Below, in pieces: positions 1 to 8,520 of a DNA stretch of 64,000 bases. Position numbers and translations under genes: made by a program. The first letter of the stretch is position 1, and the number at the start of each line of letters is the position of its first letter. Below the pieces are notes generated by a model. It saw only the letters and a program-made list of their open reading frames with translations. It had not been told where the DNA came from and did no database searches. The DNA lies in NCBI GenBank assembly GCA_046292385.1, contig JBKBRF010000008.1:32001-96000 (forward strand), in the 5' to 3' direction. The stretch is from Armatimonadota bacterium (GTDB lineage Bacteria > Armatimonadota > SYMT01).

Positions 1-11
1 CCGCTCCCCAG

Positions 12-1160
12 GTGCCGGTGAAGTGGCGGGTGCCGGTCTCGAACGGCTACAGCGGGCCGACCGTAGCGGCAGGCCGGGTCTACCTGACCGACCGCGTCAC
101 CGAGCCGAAGCAGCAGGAGCGGGTCCACTGCTTCAACGCGGAGACGGGCGAGACGCTCTGGACGCACGTCTACGACGCGGCGTATGGCGGGGTCGGTTAC
201 CCGGACGGCCCGCGCGCCGCGGTAACTGTCCACGACGGCCGCGCCTACGCGCTGGGGGCGGTCGGGCACTTCCACTGCCTCGACGCCGCCTCCGGAAAGC
301 TGCTCTGGAGCCACGACCTGGACGCCCGCTACCAGATCCGGCTGCCGACCTGGGGCCTCACCGCGGCGCCGCTGATCGAGGGCGGCCTGGTGATCCTGCA
401 GATCGGCGGCGAAGGAGACGCGTGCGTGGTCGCCTTCGACCGCAAGACCGGCCAGGAGCGCTGGAAGGCCCTGCCGGACCAGGCGTCCTACTCCGCCCCG
501 ATCATCGTGGAGCAGGCCGGGAAGCGGGTCCTGGTGGTCTGGACCGGTGACCGGGTGGTCGGCCTCGATCCGCAGACCGGGACGCTCCTCTGGGCGCAGG
601 ACTTCCCCTCGCGGGAGCAGGTGATCGCTATCGCTACCCCCGCGCTCAGCGGTGACCGCCTCTTCCTCACCAGCTTCTACCAGGGCTCGCTGATGCTCCG
701 GCTCCCGAAGGACCGCCTGGCGGTGGAGAAGCTGTGGGAGCGCCGCGGTCGGAACGAGCTAAACACCGACGGCCTCCACTCGATCATCGCCACTCCCCTC
801 TTCCAGGGCGACTACGTCTATGGAGTCGACTCCTACGGCGAGCTGCGCTGCCTCGACGCGCAGACCGGCGAGCGGCTCTGGGAAAGCCAGGAGGCGGTGC
901 CGAAAGCGCGCTGGTCGACGATCCACTTCGTCCCGAACGGCGACCGGGTGTGGCTGTTCAACGAGCGCGGCCAACTCGTCATTGCGAAGCTGTCCCCGAA
1001 GGGCTACGAGGAGATCAGCCGCGCGCAGCTCATCCAGCCGACCCTCGGCCAGCTCCCCCAGCGGGGCGGCGTCACGTGGTCGCACCCCGCCTACGCGAAC
1101 AAGCACGTCTTCGCCCGCAACGATGCAGAGCTCGTCTGCGCCAGCCTCGCTGCGAGGTAG
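12..1160 (+). CDS. PQQ-binding-like beta-propeller repeat protein (5' end probably outside the window)
   Basis: Repeated 'CLDAxTGxxLW/AFDRKTGQERW' propeller motifs; C-terminal 'WSHPAYANKHVFARND'; frame open to the window edge. Confidence 0.85.
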   Translation: MPVKWRVPVSNGYSGPTVAAGRVYLTDRVTEPKQQERVHCFNAETGETLWTHVYDAAYGGVGYPDGPRAAVTVHDGRAYALGAVGHFHCLDAASGKLLWSHDLDARYQIRLPTWGLTAAPLIEGGLVILQIGGEGDACVVAFDRKTGQERWKALPDQASYSAPIIVEQAGKRVLVVWTGDRVVGLDPQTGTLLWAQDFPSREQVIAIATPALSGDRLFLTSFYQGSLMLRLPKDRLAVEKLWERRGRNELNTDGLHSIIATPLFQGDYVYGVDSYGELRCLDAQTGERLWESQEAVPKARWSTIHFVPNGDRVWLFNERGQLVIAKLSPKGYEEISRAQLIQPTLGQLPQRGGVTWSHPAYANKHVFARNDAELVCASLAAR

Positions 1161-1290
1161 GCAGGAAGCCGAACCGTTCAGGGGATCAGGGGATGGGATT
1201 GGGGCTGAGGGGATTTACTCCCAGCCTCGGTCTCCTCCGGCAGTACGGCGTCCGGACGACCCTCTTGCTCAGCGTGCGAGGGCGTTTTCC

Positions 1291-1347
1291 GGCGTCCGGA
1301 GGACGCTTGGCCGCAGGCCGACGAGCGAGGTATTTCAATGCCTCGCG
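1291..1347. repeat. REP-like double-hairpin unit (GCGTCC-GGA-GGACGC ... GCGAGGTATT-TC-AATGCCTCGC)
   Basis: 52/57 identical to 50767-50823; lies between convergent genes. Confidence 0.8.
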
Positions 1348-1413
1348 ACCTCCGAGGGCGGTAGATCCATCCCGATGATCGGAACTGGCGTTCAACCTCC
1401 GCCACTTACGTCG

Positions 1414-3774
1414 TTATCGGTAGAGCAGGTACTTTTGCCGGGAGCGCCGGAACGACTCCACGTCATCTCGGTACGACGCGACGATCTGCGCCATGCTGTC
1501 GCCCCGCAGGATCGCCTCCGGGATGGCGCGGGAGCCGAACCAGCGGGCGGTCGGCTCGATCTTCGGCTTGCCGGGGAAGAGGCGCACCAGGGCGTCGAGG
1601 ATCTCGATGGCGGTGCGGGTGCCGTCGAACGCCTCGCGGTCGAGCAGGCGGATGTCGACCCCCTCGCACCGCTCGCCCTTGAACTCGCGGGTGGTCGGCG
1701 TGAAGGTGACCGGCACGAACCGCAGCCCCGGGATCCGGCGGCGGTTCAGCTCCAGGCTCAGCTTCTCGCCGTCGATCCAGGGGGCTCCCACCCGCTCGAA
1801 CGGGGTGTCGGTGCCGCGGCCGACGGAGAGGTTCACCCCCTCGATCAGGCCGATGCCGGGGTAGAGCTCCGCCTGGAGCGTGTTCCGAATGTTCGGGCTC
1901 GGGTTGACCCACGGCTGGCCGGTCTCGTCGAACCACCGGTCCCGGCGCCAGTTCTCCAGCCGCACCACCTGCAAGTCGGCGTTGATCTTCCGCTCCGCGT
2001 TGAAGAGCTGCGCCAGCTCGCCGACCGTCATCCCGTGGCGGACCGGCAGCCGGTGGTGCGCGATGAAGCTCTCCAGCCCCGGCTGGAGGAGTGGGCCCTC
2101 CACCGCGAGGCCGTTCACCGGGTTCGGACGGTCGAGCACCACGAAGCGCAGGCCGTTCTCCGCCGCCGCCTGCATGCAGAGACCGAGGGTGGAGATGTAG
2201 GTGTAGTAGCGGACGCCGATGTCCTGGATGTCGAACACCAGCGTGTCGAGGCCGCGGAGCTGCTCCGGCGTCGGCTTGTACTTGCCCTGCCCGTAGAGGC
2301 TGTGGATCGGCAGCCCGGTCTTCTCATCCCGGGAGGAGGGCACTTCCTCGTCCAGGTCGGCGCGCAGGCCGTGCTCCGGGGAGAAGAGCGCGGCGAGGCG
2401 CACGTTCGGGGCGGAGTGGAGCAGGTCGATGGTGCTCACCCGGTCCCGGTTGATGCCGGTGCGGTTGGTGATGAGCCCCACGGTGCGCCCCTCCAGCAGC
2501 TTGAAGCCGTCCCGCTGGAGCACGTCGATTCCGGTCAGCACGGGGACCATCCGCGGCGTCACCTCCTTGCGCTCCGGCAGCTCCTGTGGCCGCACGATGC
2601 CCGCCGTCACGTTCGCCGCGCGCGCCCAGAGCGGCAGCACGTTGCCGCCGTCGCCGGGATGCACCCGGTTGGCAAGACCGATTACGAACGACTCGCTGTA
2701 CGGGTCGACCCAAATGTAGGTGCCGGTGAACCCGGTGTGGCCGAAGCTGCCGACCGGGAGCAGGTCGCCGCGGACATGGGAGTACGGGGAGTCGATGTCC
2801 CAGCCCAGGCCGCGCATCGGCACCCGCTCCGGAGAGTGCGGGCTGGTCATCGTGCGAATAGTGGCCGGCGCCAGCGGGTAGCGGCGGCTCCCCCTGCCAT
2901 CCGAAGAGAGCAGCATCCGCGCGAAGCGGGCGAGGTCGTCGGCCGTGCTGAAGAGGCCGGCGTGGCCCGCTACGCCGCCCATCACCGCGGCGTTCGGATC
3001 GTGCACCGCACCGCGCCGGAACTCGCCCGCGTAGGCGGTGGTCGGCGCGGTCCGCGGCTTCAGGCTCTCGGAGAGGTGGTAGCCGGTCTCCTTCATGCCG
3101 AGCGGCTCGAAGATGTGCTTCCGCGCGTAGACGTCGAGCGGCTCCCCGCTCACGCGGCGGACCAGCTCCCCCAGGGTGATGAAGCCGAGGTCGCTGTAGA
3201 CGAAGCGGGTATCGGTGGGATAGCTCAGCGAGGCCGCCGCCAGCGCTTCCATCACCTTGGGGGTGTGGTCCTGCACCGCCGGCCCCTGCGGATCGCCGAA
3301 CCGCTTCAAGTAGTTGTCCCACGCCGCCAGGCCGGAGGTGTGGGTCAGGAGCTGGCGGATGGTGATCTTGTCCTTCCCGTTCGCGCCGAACTCCGGCCAG
3401 TAGGTCACCACCCGGTCGTTCAGCCGCAGCCTCCCCCGCTCCACCAGGTCCATCACGCAGGAGGTCGTCGCCACCACCTTCGTCAGCGAGGCGAGGTCGA
3501 ACACCGTGTCCGGCGTCATCGCCTCCACCGCCGGCTGGACGCTCCGGTTGCCGAACGCCTTGCGGTAGACCACCTTCCCCCGGTGACCCACCAGCAGCAC
3601 CACGCCCGGCGTCTCGCCGCTCTGCACCGTCGCCCGCGCCGCGGCATCCAGGTCGGCCCACGGGTCGTCCGCTCGCGCCCCGGAGACGGAGAGGGAGCAG
3701 AACAGCGCGAGAAGCGCCGCGAGGGCAAGGACGAGACGGTGACTCCGGCGGACCGGCGGACAGAGGCGGCTCAT
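1414..3774 (-). CDS. Secreted serine hydrolase (beta-lactamase-like) fused to a DUF1343/NamZ exo-beta-N-acetylmuramidase domain
   Basis: Signal peptide; SxxK 'ASLTK', 'YSDLGF', 'GHTGFTG'; then NamZ motifs 'LFSPEHG', 'DIQDIGVRYYTY', 'LDRPNP', 'PSPN', 'GRGT'. Confidence 0.88.
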   Translation of the reverse strand: MSRLCPPVRRSHRLVLALAALLALFCSLSVSGARADDPWADLDAAARATVQSGETPGVVLLVGHRGKVVYRKAFGNRSVQPAVEAMTPDTVFDLASLTKVVATTSCVMDLVERGRLRLNDRVVTYWPEFGANGKDKITIRQLLTHTSGLAAWDNYLKRFGDPQGPAVQDHTPKVMEALAAASLSYPTDTRFVYSDLGFITLGELVRRVSGEPLDVYARKHIFEPLGMKETGYHLSESLKPRTAPTTAYAGEFRRGAVHDPNAAVMGGVAGHAGLFSTADDLARFARMLLSSDGRGSRRYPLAPATIRTMTSPHSPERVPMRGLGWDIDSPYSHVRGDLLPVGSFGHTGFTGTYIWVDPYSESFVIGLANRVHPGDGGNVLPLWARAANVTAGIVRPQELPERKEVTPRMVPVLTGIDVLQRDGFKLLEGRTVGLITNRTGINRDRVSTIDLLHSAPNVRLAALFSPEHGLRADLDEEVPSSRDEKTGLPIHSLYGQGKYKPTPEQLRGLDTLVFDIQDIGVRYYTYISTLGLCMQAAAENGLRFVVLDRPNPVNGLAVEGPLLQPGLESFIAHHRLPVRHGMTVGELAQLFNAERKINADLQVVRLENWRRDRWFDETGQPWVNPSPNIRNTLQAELYPGIGLIEGVNLSVGRGTDTPFERVGAPWIDGEKLSLELNRRRIPGLRFVPVTFTPTTREFKGERCEGVDIRLLDREAFDGTRTAIEILDALVRLFPGKPKIEPTARWFGSRAIPEAILRGDSMAQIVASYRDDVESFRRSRQKYLLYR

Positions 3775-3891
3775 GGGGAGGTGACCTTTCCCGGCGCCGG
3801 CGGAGGGTGCCCGGCGGCGGTTCAGCCTTAGTTACGAGTGCGGGGTCAGAGGGTCCTCCGAGCTCAAGGCGCTCGCCGCGTTGCGGTAACG

Positions 3892-4492
3892 ACTTCTCAC
3901 CGGCGTTCCACCCCGTGCCCTCACGCGGCGGAGCGGCCCTCCCGCGTGGGTGGCCCACCCGCAGTCCTTTCACGCTCCGCCTTCGGCTCCGCTAGCGGAT
4001 TGCTCCGGGCGTGCGCTCCGGCAGCCTGCGCCCCGCGACCGAAGACAACGATTCCCGCATTGCGGTGGTTCACGGGCCGCCCCGCCGCGCTCAAGCAGCC
4101 ACCCCCGGGTGCCCGCAAGCGGGCACCCGGGGGTGGCCACAAGTGAACCCCTCCAGCCCTGCCGCCGGCAGCCCTTCCGGGCTCCCATGGATTTGCAGGA
4201 ACCTGACCGGTGGCGTCCGGATGTGCGGCCGCAGGCGGCACTGGAGGGCGGCATTTGTGACCACCCCTGGGAGCCAGGGGTGGTCGCTCGACGGCGGCCG
4301 ATTCAGCCCGTGAACCAGACTGCTGTAGCAGTAGAGCGCACTGGCGCGGGATGAGCGCAGCGGTACGCACTCCCGGAGAGGCCCGCTAACGGAGCGAAGC
4401 GGAGTGTGAAAGGGCCGCCGGAGGGCACTCGCCGCGGGAGGGCTGAAGCGGCCGACTAGGGCGTGGGGTCGGTCTCACGGGTTCAACGCTGC
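3892..4492 (+). repeat. ~600-bp nested palindromic element, copy A (complete)
   Basis: Outer arms 3905-4014 and 4367-4470 are imperfect inverted repeats; perfect 19-bp stem 4098-4137; second ACCACCCCTGG..CCAGGGGTGGT palindrome at 4260-4284. Confidence 0.92.
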
Positions 4493-4605
4493 ATGACGCT
4501 GAGCCACAGCAGGCTCCGGAGCAACTCCAGCAATTCACGCGTCCTGAGCCGCCCCGGTGGTAAGACAGGAGAAAGGGCCTGCCAGGAGGCGGATCGGAGC
4601 GGCGG

Positions 4606-5916
4606 ATGAAGCGGTTTCTACAGGGATTGATCTTCGGGGCGGCGGTCGGGGCGGCGGTAGTCCTTGCGGCGGCGCCGGCGTTCGCGCAGCGCCCATCTTC
4701 TCTACCGGAAGAGCGGCCCGGGGGCGCCCTGGAGCGCGCGGAGCGTCCGGAGCTGGCGGTGCGGGTGACGCCGGAGATGGAGCGCTACTCCTCCACCCGC
4801 TACGCCCTCTACTTCCTCCGCAGCTTCCTGGGACTCCTGATCCTGCTGCTCTTCCTGTCCACCGGAGCCAGCGCGCGGCTGCGGGACCTGGCGGAGCGGC
4901 GGACCGGCAACCCGGTGCTCCGGACCTTCATCTACTTCCCGCTCCTCTGGCTCGGCATCACGGTCTGCTCGCTGCCGCTCTCCTTCTACAGCTCCTACCT
5001 GCTGCCGCACCAGTACGGGCTCTCCAACCAGACCGCCGCCGGCTGGGTGCAGGACGCGCTAAAGGGCTACGCGCTCACCGCGGTGATCGGCTCGCCGGTG
5101 GTGGCTCTGCTCTACTGGTCGCTCCGCCGCAGCCCGCGGCTCTGGTGGGTCGGCTTCTGGGTCGCGTGCATCCCGCTGCTGATCGCGGCGGTGCTGCTGA
5201 CGCCGCTGGTGGTCGACCCGCTCTTCAACCGGTACCGCCCGCTGCCGGAGTCGCCGCTGCGGGAGAGCCTGCTCGAGATGGCGGAGCGTGCCGGAATCGA
5301 GAACAGCCGCGTCTTCGAGGTCGACGCCAGCACCCGCACGAAGGCGGTGAACGCCTACGTGACCGGAATCGGTGGCTCGGCGCGGATCGTGCTGTGGGAC
5401 ACGCTGCTGGAAAAGCTGGATGACGACGAGGTGGTCGCCGTGATGGCACACGAGATGGGGCACTACGTGGAGCGCCACGTGGTGATCGGGCTCGGTGCCA
5501 GCATCGTCGGCACGCTGCTCGTCTTCATTCTGGTCGACCGCGGCGGCCGGCGCATCCTGGCTCGCAGGGGCGACCGCTGGCGGGTGCGCGGGCTCGACGA
5601 TCTCGCCGGCTTTCCGCTGGTGCTGCTCCTCGTCTCCGCCATCAACTTCTTCGGCGCCCCGGTGGAGAACGCCGTCTCCCGGACGATCGAGCGCCGGGCG
5701 GACGACTTCTCGCTGCGCCTGACGGGGGACGGCCGCGCCGCCGCCTCCGCTTTCGTGAAGCTCAGCGAGGCGAATCTCTCCCACCCGGCGCCGCCCCCGT
5801 TCATCGAGCTCTGGCTCTTCAGCCACCCGCCGCTGAACGAGCGGATCGAGAAAGCCTTGAGTTATCGATCATCAGCCAGCGCGGGGCTCGGGGAGGCGCC
5901 AGAGGACCAGCCCTAG
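4606..5916 (+). CDS. M48 family (Ste24-like) membrane zinc metallopeptidase
   Basis: HExxH 'AHEMGH', 'NAYVTG', 'ERRADDF', 'SHPP'; multiple TM segments. Confidence 0.9.
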   Translation: MKRFLQGLIFGAAVGAAVVLAAAPAFAQRPSSLPEERPGGALERAERPELAVRVTPEMERYSSTRYALYFLRSFLGLLILLLFLSTGASARLRDLAERRTGNPVLRTFIYFPLLWLGITVCSLPLSFYSSYLLPHQYGLSNQTAAGWVQDALKGYALTAVIGSPVVALLYWSLRRSPRLWWVGFWVACIPLLIAAVLLTPLVVDPLFNRYRPLPESPLRESLLEMAERAGIENSRVFEVDASTRTKAVNAYVTGIGGSARIVLWDTLLEKLDDDEVVAVMAHEMGHYVERHVVIGLGASIVGTLLVFILVDRGGRRILARRGDRWRVRGLDDLAGFPLVLLLVSAINFFGAPVENAVSRTIERRADDFSLRLTGDGRAAASAFVKLSEANLSHPAPPPFIELWLFSHPPLNERIEKALSYRSSASAGLGEAPEDQP

Positions 5917-7113
5917 TGCCAGGGCGGTGCCGACCGCGCCCGCGGCGAAGATCGGGCTGAAGCCGACCGCGCTGATCATCGAGCCGGCGGCCAGCGGCAG
6001 CAGCACGCGGAACGGGCCGGAGAAGAGGTTGAAAACGGCGGTATAGGTGCCGCTGCGCTGCGGAGGGCAGAGCTCCAGCACGTAGTTCTGGGCGCAGACG
6101 GCCCAGCCCTGGAGCGCCAGCTCGTTCAGCAGGAAGACCGGGTGCATCCAGAGCGGGCCGTCGGCGCCCCACGCCAGGGAGACCGCTCCCAGCCCGGCGA
6201 AGGTGGCGAGCTGGATGGCGCGCAGGTTACCATACCGGTCGGCCAGCCAGCCGATCAGCAGGTAGGTGACCGCGCGCCCCACATTGAGCACCTGGTTGTA
6301 CTCCGCCACGGTCCGCTCGCTCGCCCCGAGGCCGGTGATGGCAAAGTCGGTATAGAACGCGCCGGCCATCTGGTTCAGCGCGAAGAGCGCGACGCCGATG
6401 CAGAGCCAGAGGATGCGGGAATCGCGCCGCACCAGGGAGAGCGCCTTGCGCACCGGCTCCGGGGGTGGGATCTCGTGCTCCTCCGGGATGACCTCCCGCA
6501 TCACGCCCAGCGGAAGCAGGGTGACGGTCTGGATCACGAAGGCCGCCAGGAAGCAGGCGGCGTAGCCGTTGGGGAAGCCCCAGGCGCCGATGAACCGCTC
6601 CGCCAGGACCGCGCAGCCGAGACCCAGCACTCCCGCCGCCGCCCCGCCGAGGCCGTAGAGGCGCCCGCGCCGCGCGGCGGGAATCGTCTTGGCGATCAGC
6701 TTGTAGTAGGCGGGCAGGTTGGCGCCCAGCGCCAGGTTCATCACGAGCCAGCAGCCGAAGAAGGCGAGGAGCAGCGCGGACCGGCTCTCGCTGAAGCCCC
6801 AGCAGAGCACCGCCAGCACCAGGAGCATCAGGCGCTCCAGCAGCCCGACGCCGAGCACCCAGTACCGGACGTTCCGCAGCCGTTCGATGCGGCTCGCCAC
6901 CAGCACGCCCGGCACCAGCCAGCCGAACAGCATCAGCGCCGGGATCATGCCGATGGCGACCGGGCTAGGGGTGAGCTGCTTGACGAACAGCGGCAGGATC
7001 GTGAGGTGGGAGATGAACGCGACCCCGGTGTTCCAGCCGCACGCGTCGATCAGCGCCGCGCCGAAGTTCCACCGCCGGTCGGCCCGCGTTTCCCGTGGAG
7101 AGTCCGGTTTCAG
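5872..7113 (-). CDS. MFS transporter (start uncertain; possibly CTG at 7113)
   Basis: About 12 hydrophobic segments and 'GWLADRYG' MFS motif; MFS-like TM1 sequence continues upstream of the ATG at 6948. Confidence 0.8.
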   Translation of the reverse strand: MKPDSPRETRADRRWNFGAALIDACGWNTGVAFISHLTILPLFVKQLTPSPVAIGMIPALMLFGWLVPGVLVASRIERLRNVRYWVLGVGLLERLMLLVLAVLCWGFSESRSALLLAFFGCWLVMNLALGANLPAYYKLIAKTIPAARRGRLYGLGGAAAGVLGLGCAVLAERFIGAWGFPNGYAACFLAAFVIQTVTLLPLGVMREVIPEEHEIPPPEPVRKALSLVRRDSRILWLCIGVALFALNQMAGAFYTDFAITGLGASERTVAEYNQVLNVGRAVTYLLIGWLADRYGNLRAIQLATFAGLGAVSLAWGADGPLWMHPVFLLNELALQGWAVCAQNYVLELCPPQRSGTYTAVFNLFSGPFRVLLPLAAGSMISAVGFSPIFAAGAVGTALALGLVLWRLPEPRAG

Positions 7114-7131
7114 GGGAGTGCCCGGTAAGCG

Positions 7132-8283
7132 CTAGACCGCCAGCCCGACGATGGCCGACCGGAACTCGACCACCAGCGTGCGGCCCACCAGGGTGAGGTC
7201 CGGCACCATCCGCCGGGCCCGCAGCTCCCACGCCGGCTTACCGGTGGCGCGGTCGAGCGCCAGCACCAGCCAGCGGCCCTCCGGCTCCGGCGTATTCACG
7301 CGCAGGTAGAGCCGCTCCGCGTCACCGTCCAGCCCGTGCACCTGGCCCACTTTTCGCTCCCAGCGCAGCTCGCCGGTGGCCGGATCGAGGGCGAGGAGGC
7401 GCCCGCTCCAGGTTTCCGCGAAGAGCAGGTCGCCCTGGACCCGCAGCTTGAAGATCCGCTCCTCCCCCTCCGGCTCCCGCTTCCAGAGGCGGTCTCCGGT
7501 GAGCGCGTCGACCGCGTAGGCGGTGCCGTCCGTGAAGTAGCAGAGCATGCCGTGCGACACGCCCGGCTCCTCCACGCTGCCGGTGTTCTCCAGCCGCCAG
7601 CGGACCTGGCCCGAGACCAGGTCGACCCCCATGGCGCCGGCCTCGTGGCCGGAGATCGGGAGGAGGTCGCCGTTTGCCTGGCCGACGACCATCGGCTGCC
7701 CCTCCGCAGAGAGCGACCACCGCCGCGCCCCGCCCGCGGTCGCGAAGCCCTGCACGACTGCTTGCTCCGGATCCGAGACCACCAGCAGGTCTCGCTCCGG
7801 GAAGGGATAGAACTCCGGCTCCCCCTCCAGCGGAGCGCGCCACTCCTGCCGGCCGTCCGCCCGCGAGAGCGCGAACATCGGTCCCGGCCGCCGCTGCGTG
7901 ATCGCGGCGTAGAGGTGGCGCGGGTCGATGCCCAGCGTGTTCACCCGTCCGCCCAGCTTCTGCGCCCAGGCGCGCCGGCCGGTCGCCAGCTCCAGCGCCT
8001 CCAGCTCCTGCCCGCGCGCCAGGCACGCCAGCTCCGCGTCGACCGCCACCTCGTCCGGCAGCGCGGGGGAAGGTGCCTCCCACCGCACGGCGCCGTCCGC
8101 CGCCTCCCGCACCAGCAGCCGCTCCTTCTCCATCAGCAGCACGGCCCCACTGGCGGGCAGGCTCTGGGCCCACACCTGGCGCGCGGCGTGCTCCCACGCC
8201 ACGTCCGGCTGGCCGCCGGGGCAGTCTCCCCAGGAGTATTCCGGCTCGGCGGGTGCTTCTCGGTCGGGGCGGTTCTTTGGCAT
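7132..8283 (-). CDS. PQQ-like (BamB-like) beta-propeller repeat protein
   Basis: Repeated 'ALDxATGxxRW' motifs. Confidence 0.82.
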   Translation of the reverse strand: MPKNRPDREAPAEPEYSWGDCPGGQPDVAWEHAARQVWAQSLPASGAVLLMEKERLLVREAADGAVRWEAPSPALPDEVAVDAELACLARGQELEALELATGRRAWAQKLGGRVNTLGIDPRHLYAAITQRRPGPMFALSRADGRQEWRAPLEGEPEFYPFPERDLLVVSDPEQAVVQGFATAGGARRWSLSAEGQPMVVGQANGDLLPISGHEAGAMGVDLVSGQVRWRLENTGSVEEPGVSHGMLCYFTDGTAYAVDALTGDRLWKREPEGEERIFKLRVQGDLLFAETWSGRLLALDPATGELRWERKVGQVHGLDGDAERLYLRVNTPEPEGRWLVLALDRATGKPAWELRARRMVPDLTLVGRTLVVEFRSAIVGLAV

Positions 8284-8520
8284 CTCGTTAGGGGTCTAGG
8301 TTCAGGGCAAACGGTCGAGCCTGCGGGGCGTACGGTGAACGTGCCGCGCGCTCTCCGGAGACCATCTTGCCTCAGCCGGTTCGGATTCGGCCAGGAACGT
8401 ACGCGAAAGCGGCTCCCGAGACGTCCAGGGGACGCTGGGAGCCGTAAAGAGACCGCACCCGGGCTTGCCTCGTCCCGCCGCTGCAAACTACGGGGCTAGA
8501 CGGCGTAGGACGCCGAGGCC

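Noticed and set aside
1414..3774. Serine hydrolase-NamZ fusion as a novel system
   Set aside because: This domain combination is a known, widespread peptidoglycan-recycling architecture
5872..5916. 45-bp 3' overlap of the convergent M48 peptidase and MFS genes
   Set aside because: Short convergent overlaps are common in GC-rich genomes
8301..8400. CAGGGCAAAC motif resembling a c-di-GMP-I riboswitch
   Set aside because: Lacks the GAAA-loop stem and GACGCAAAGC continuation, and no plus-strand gene lies downstream
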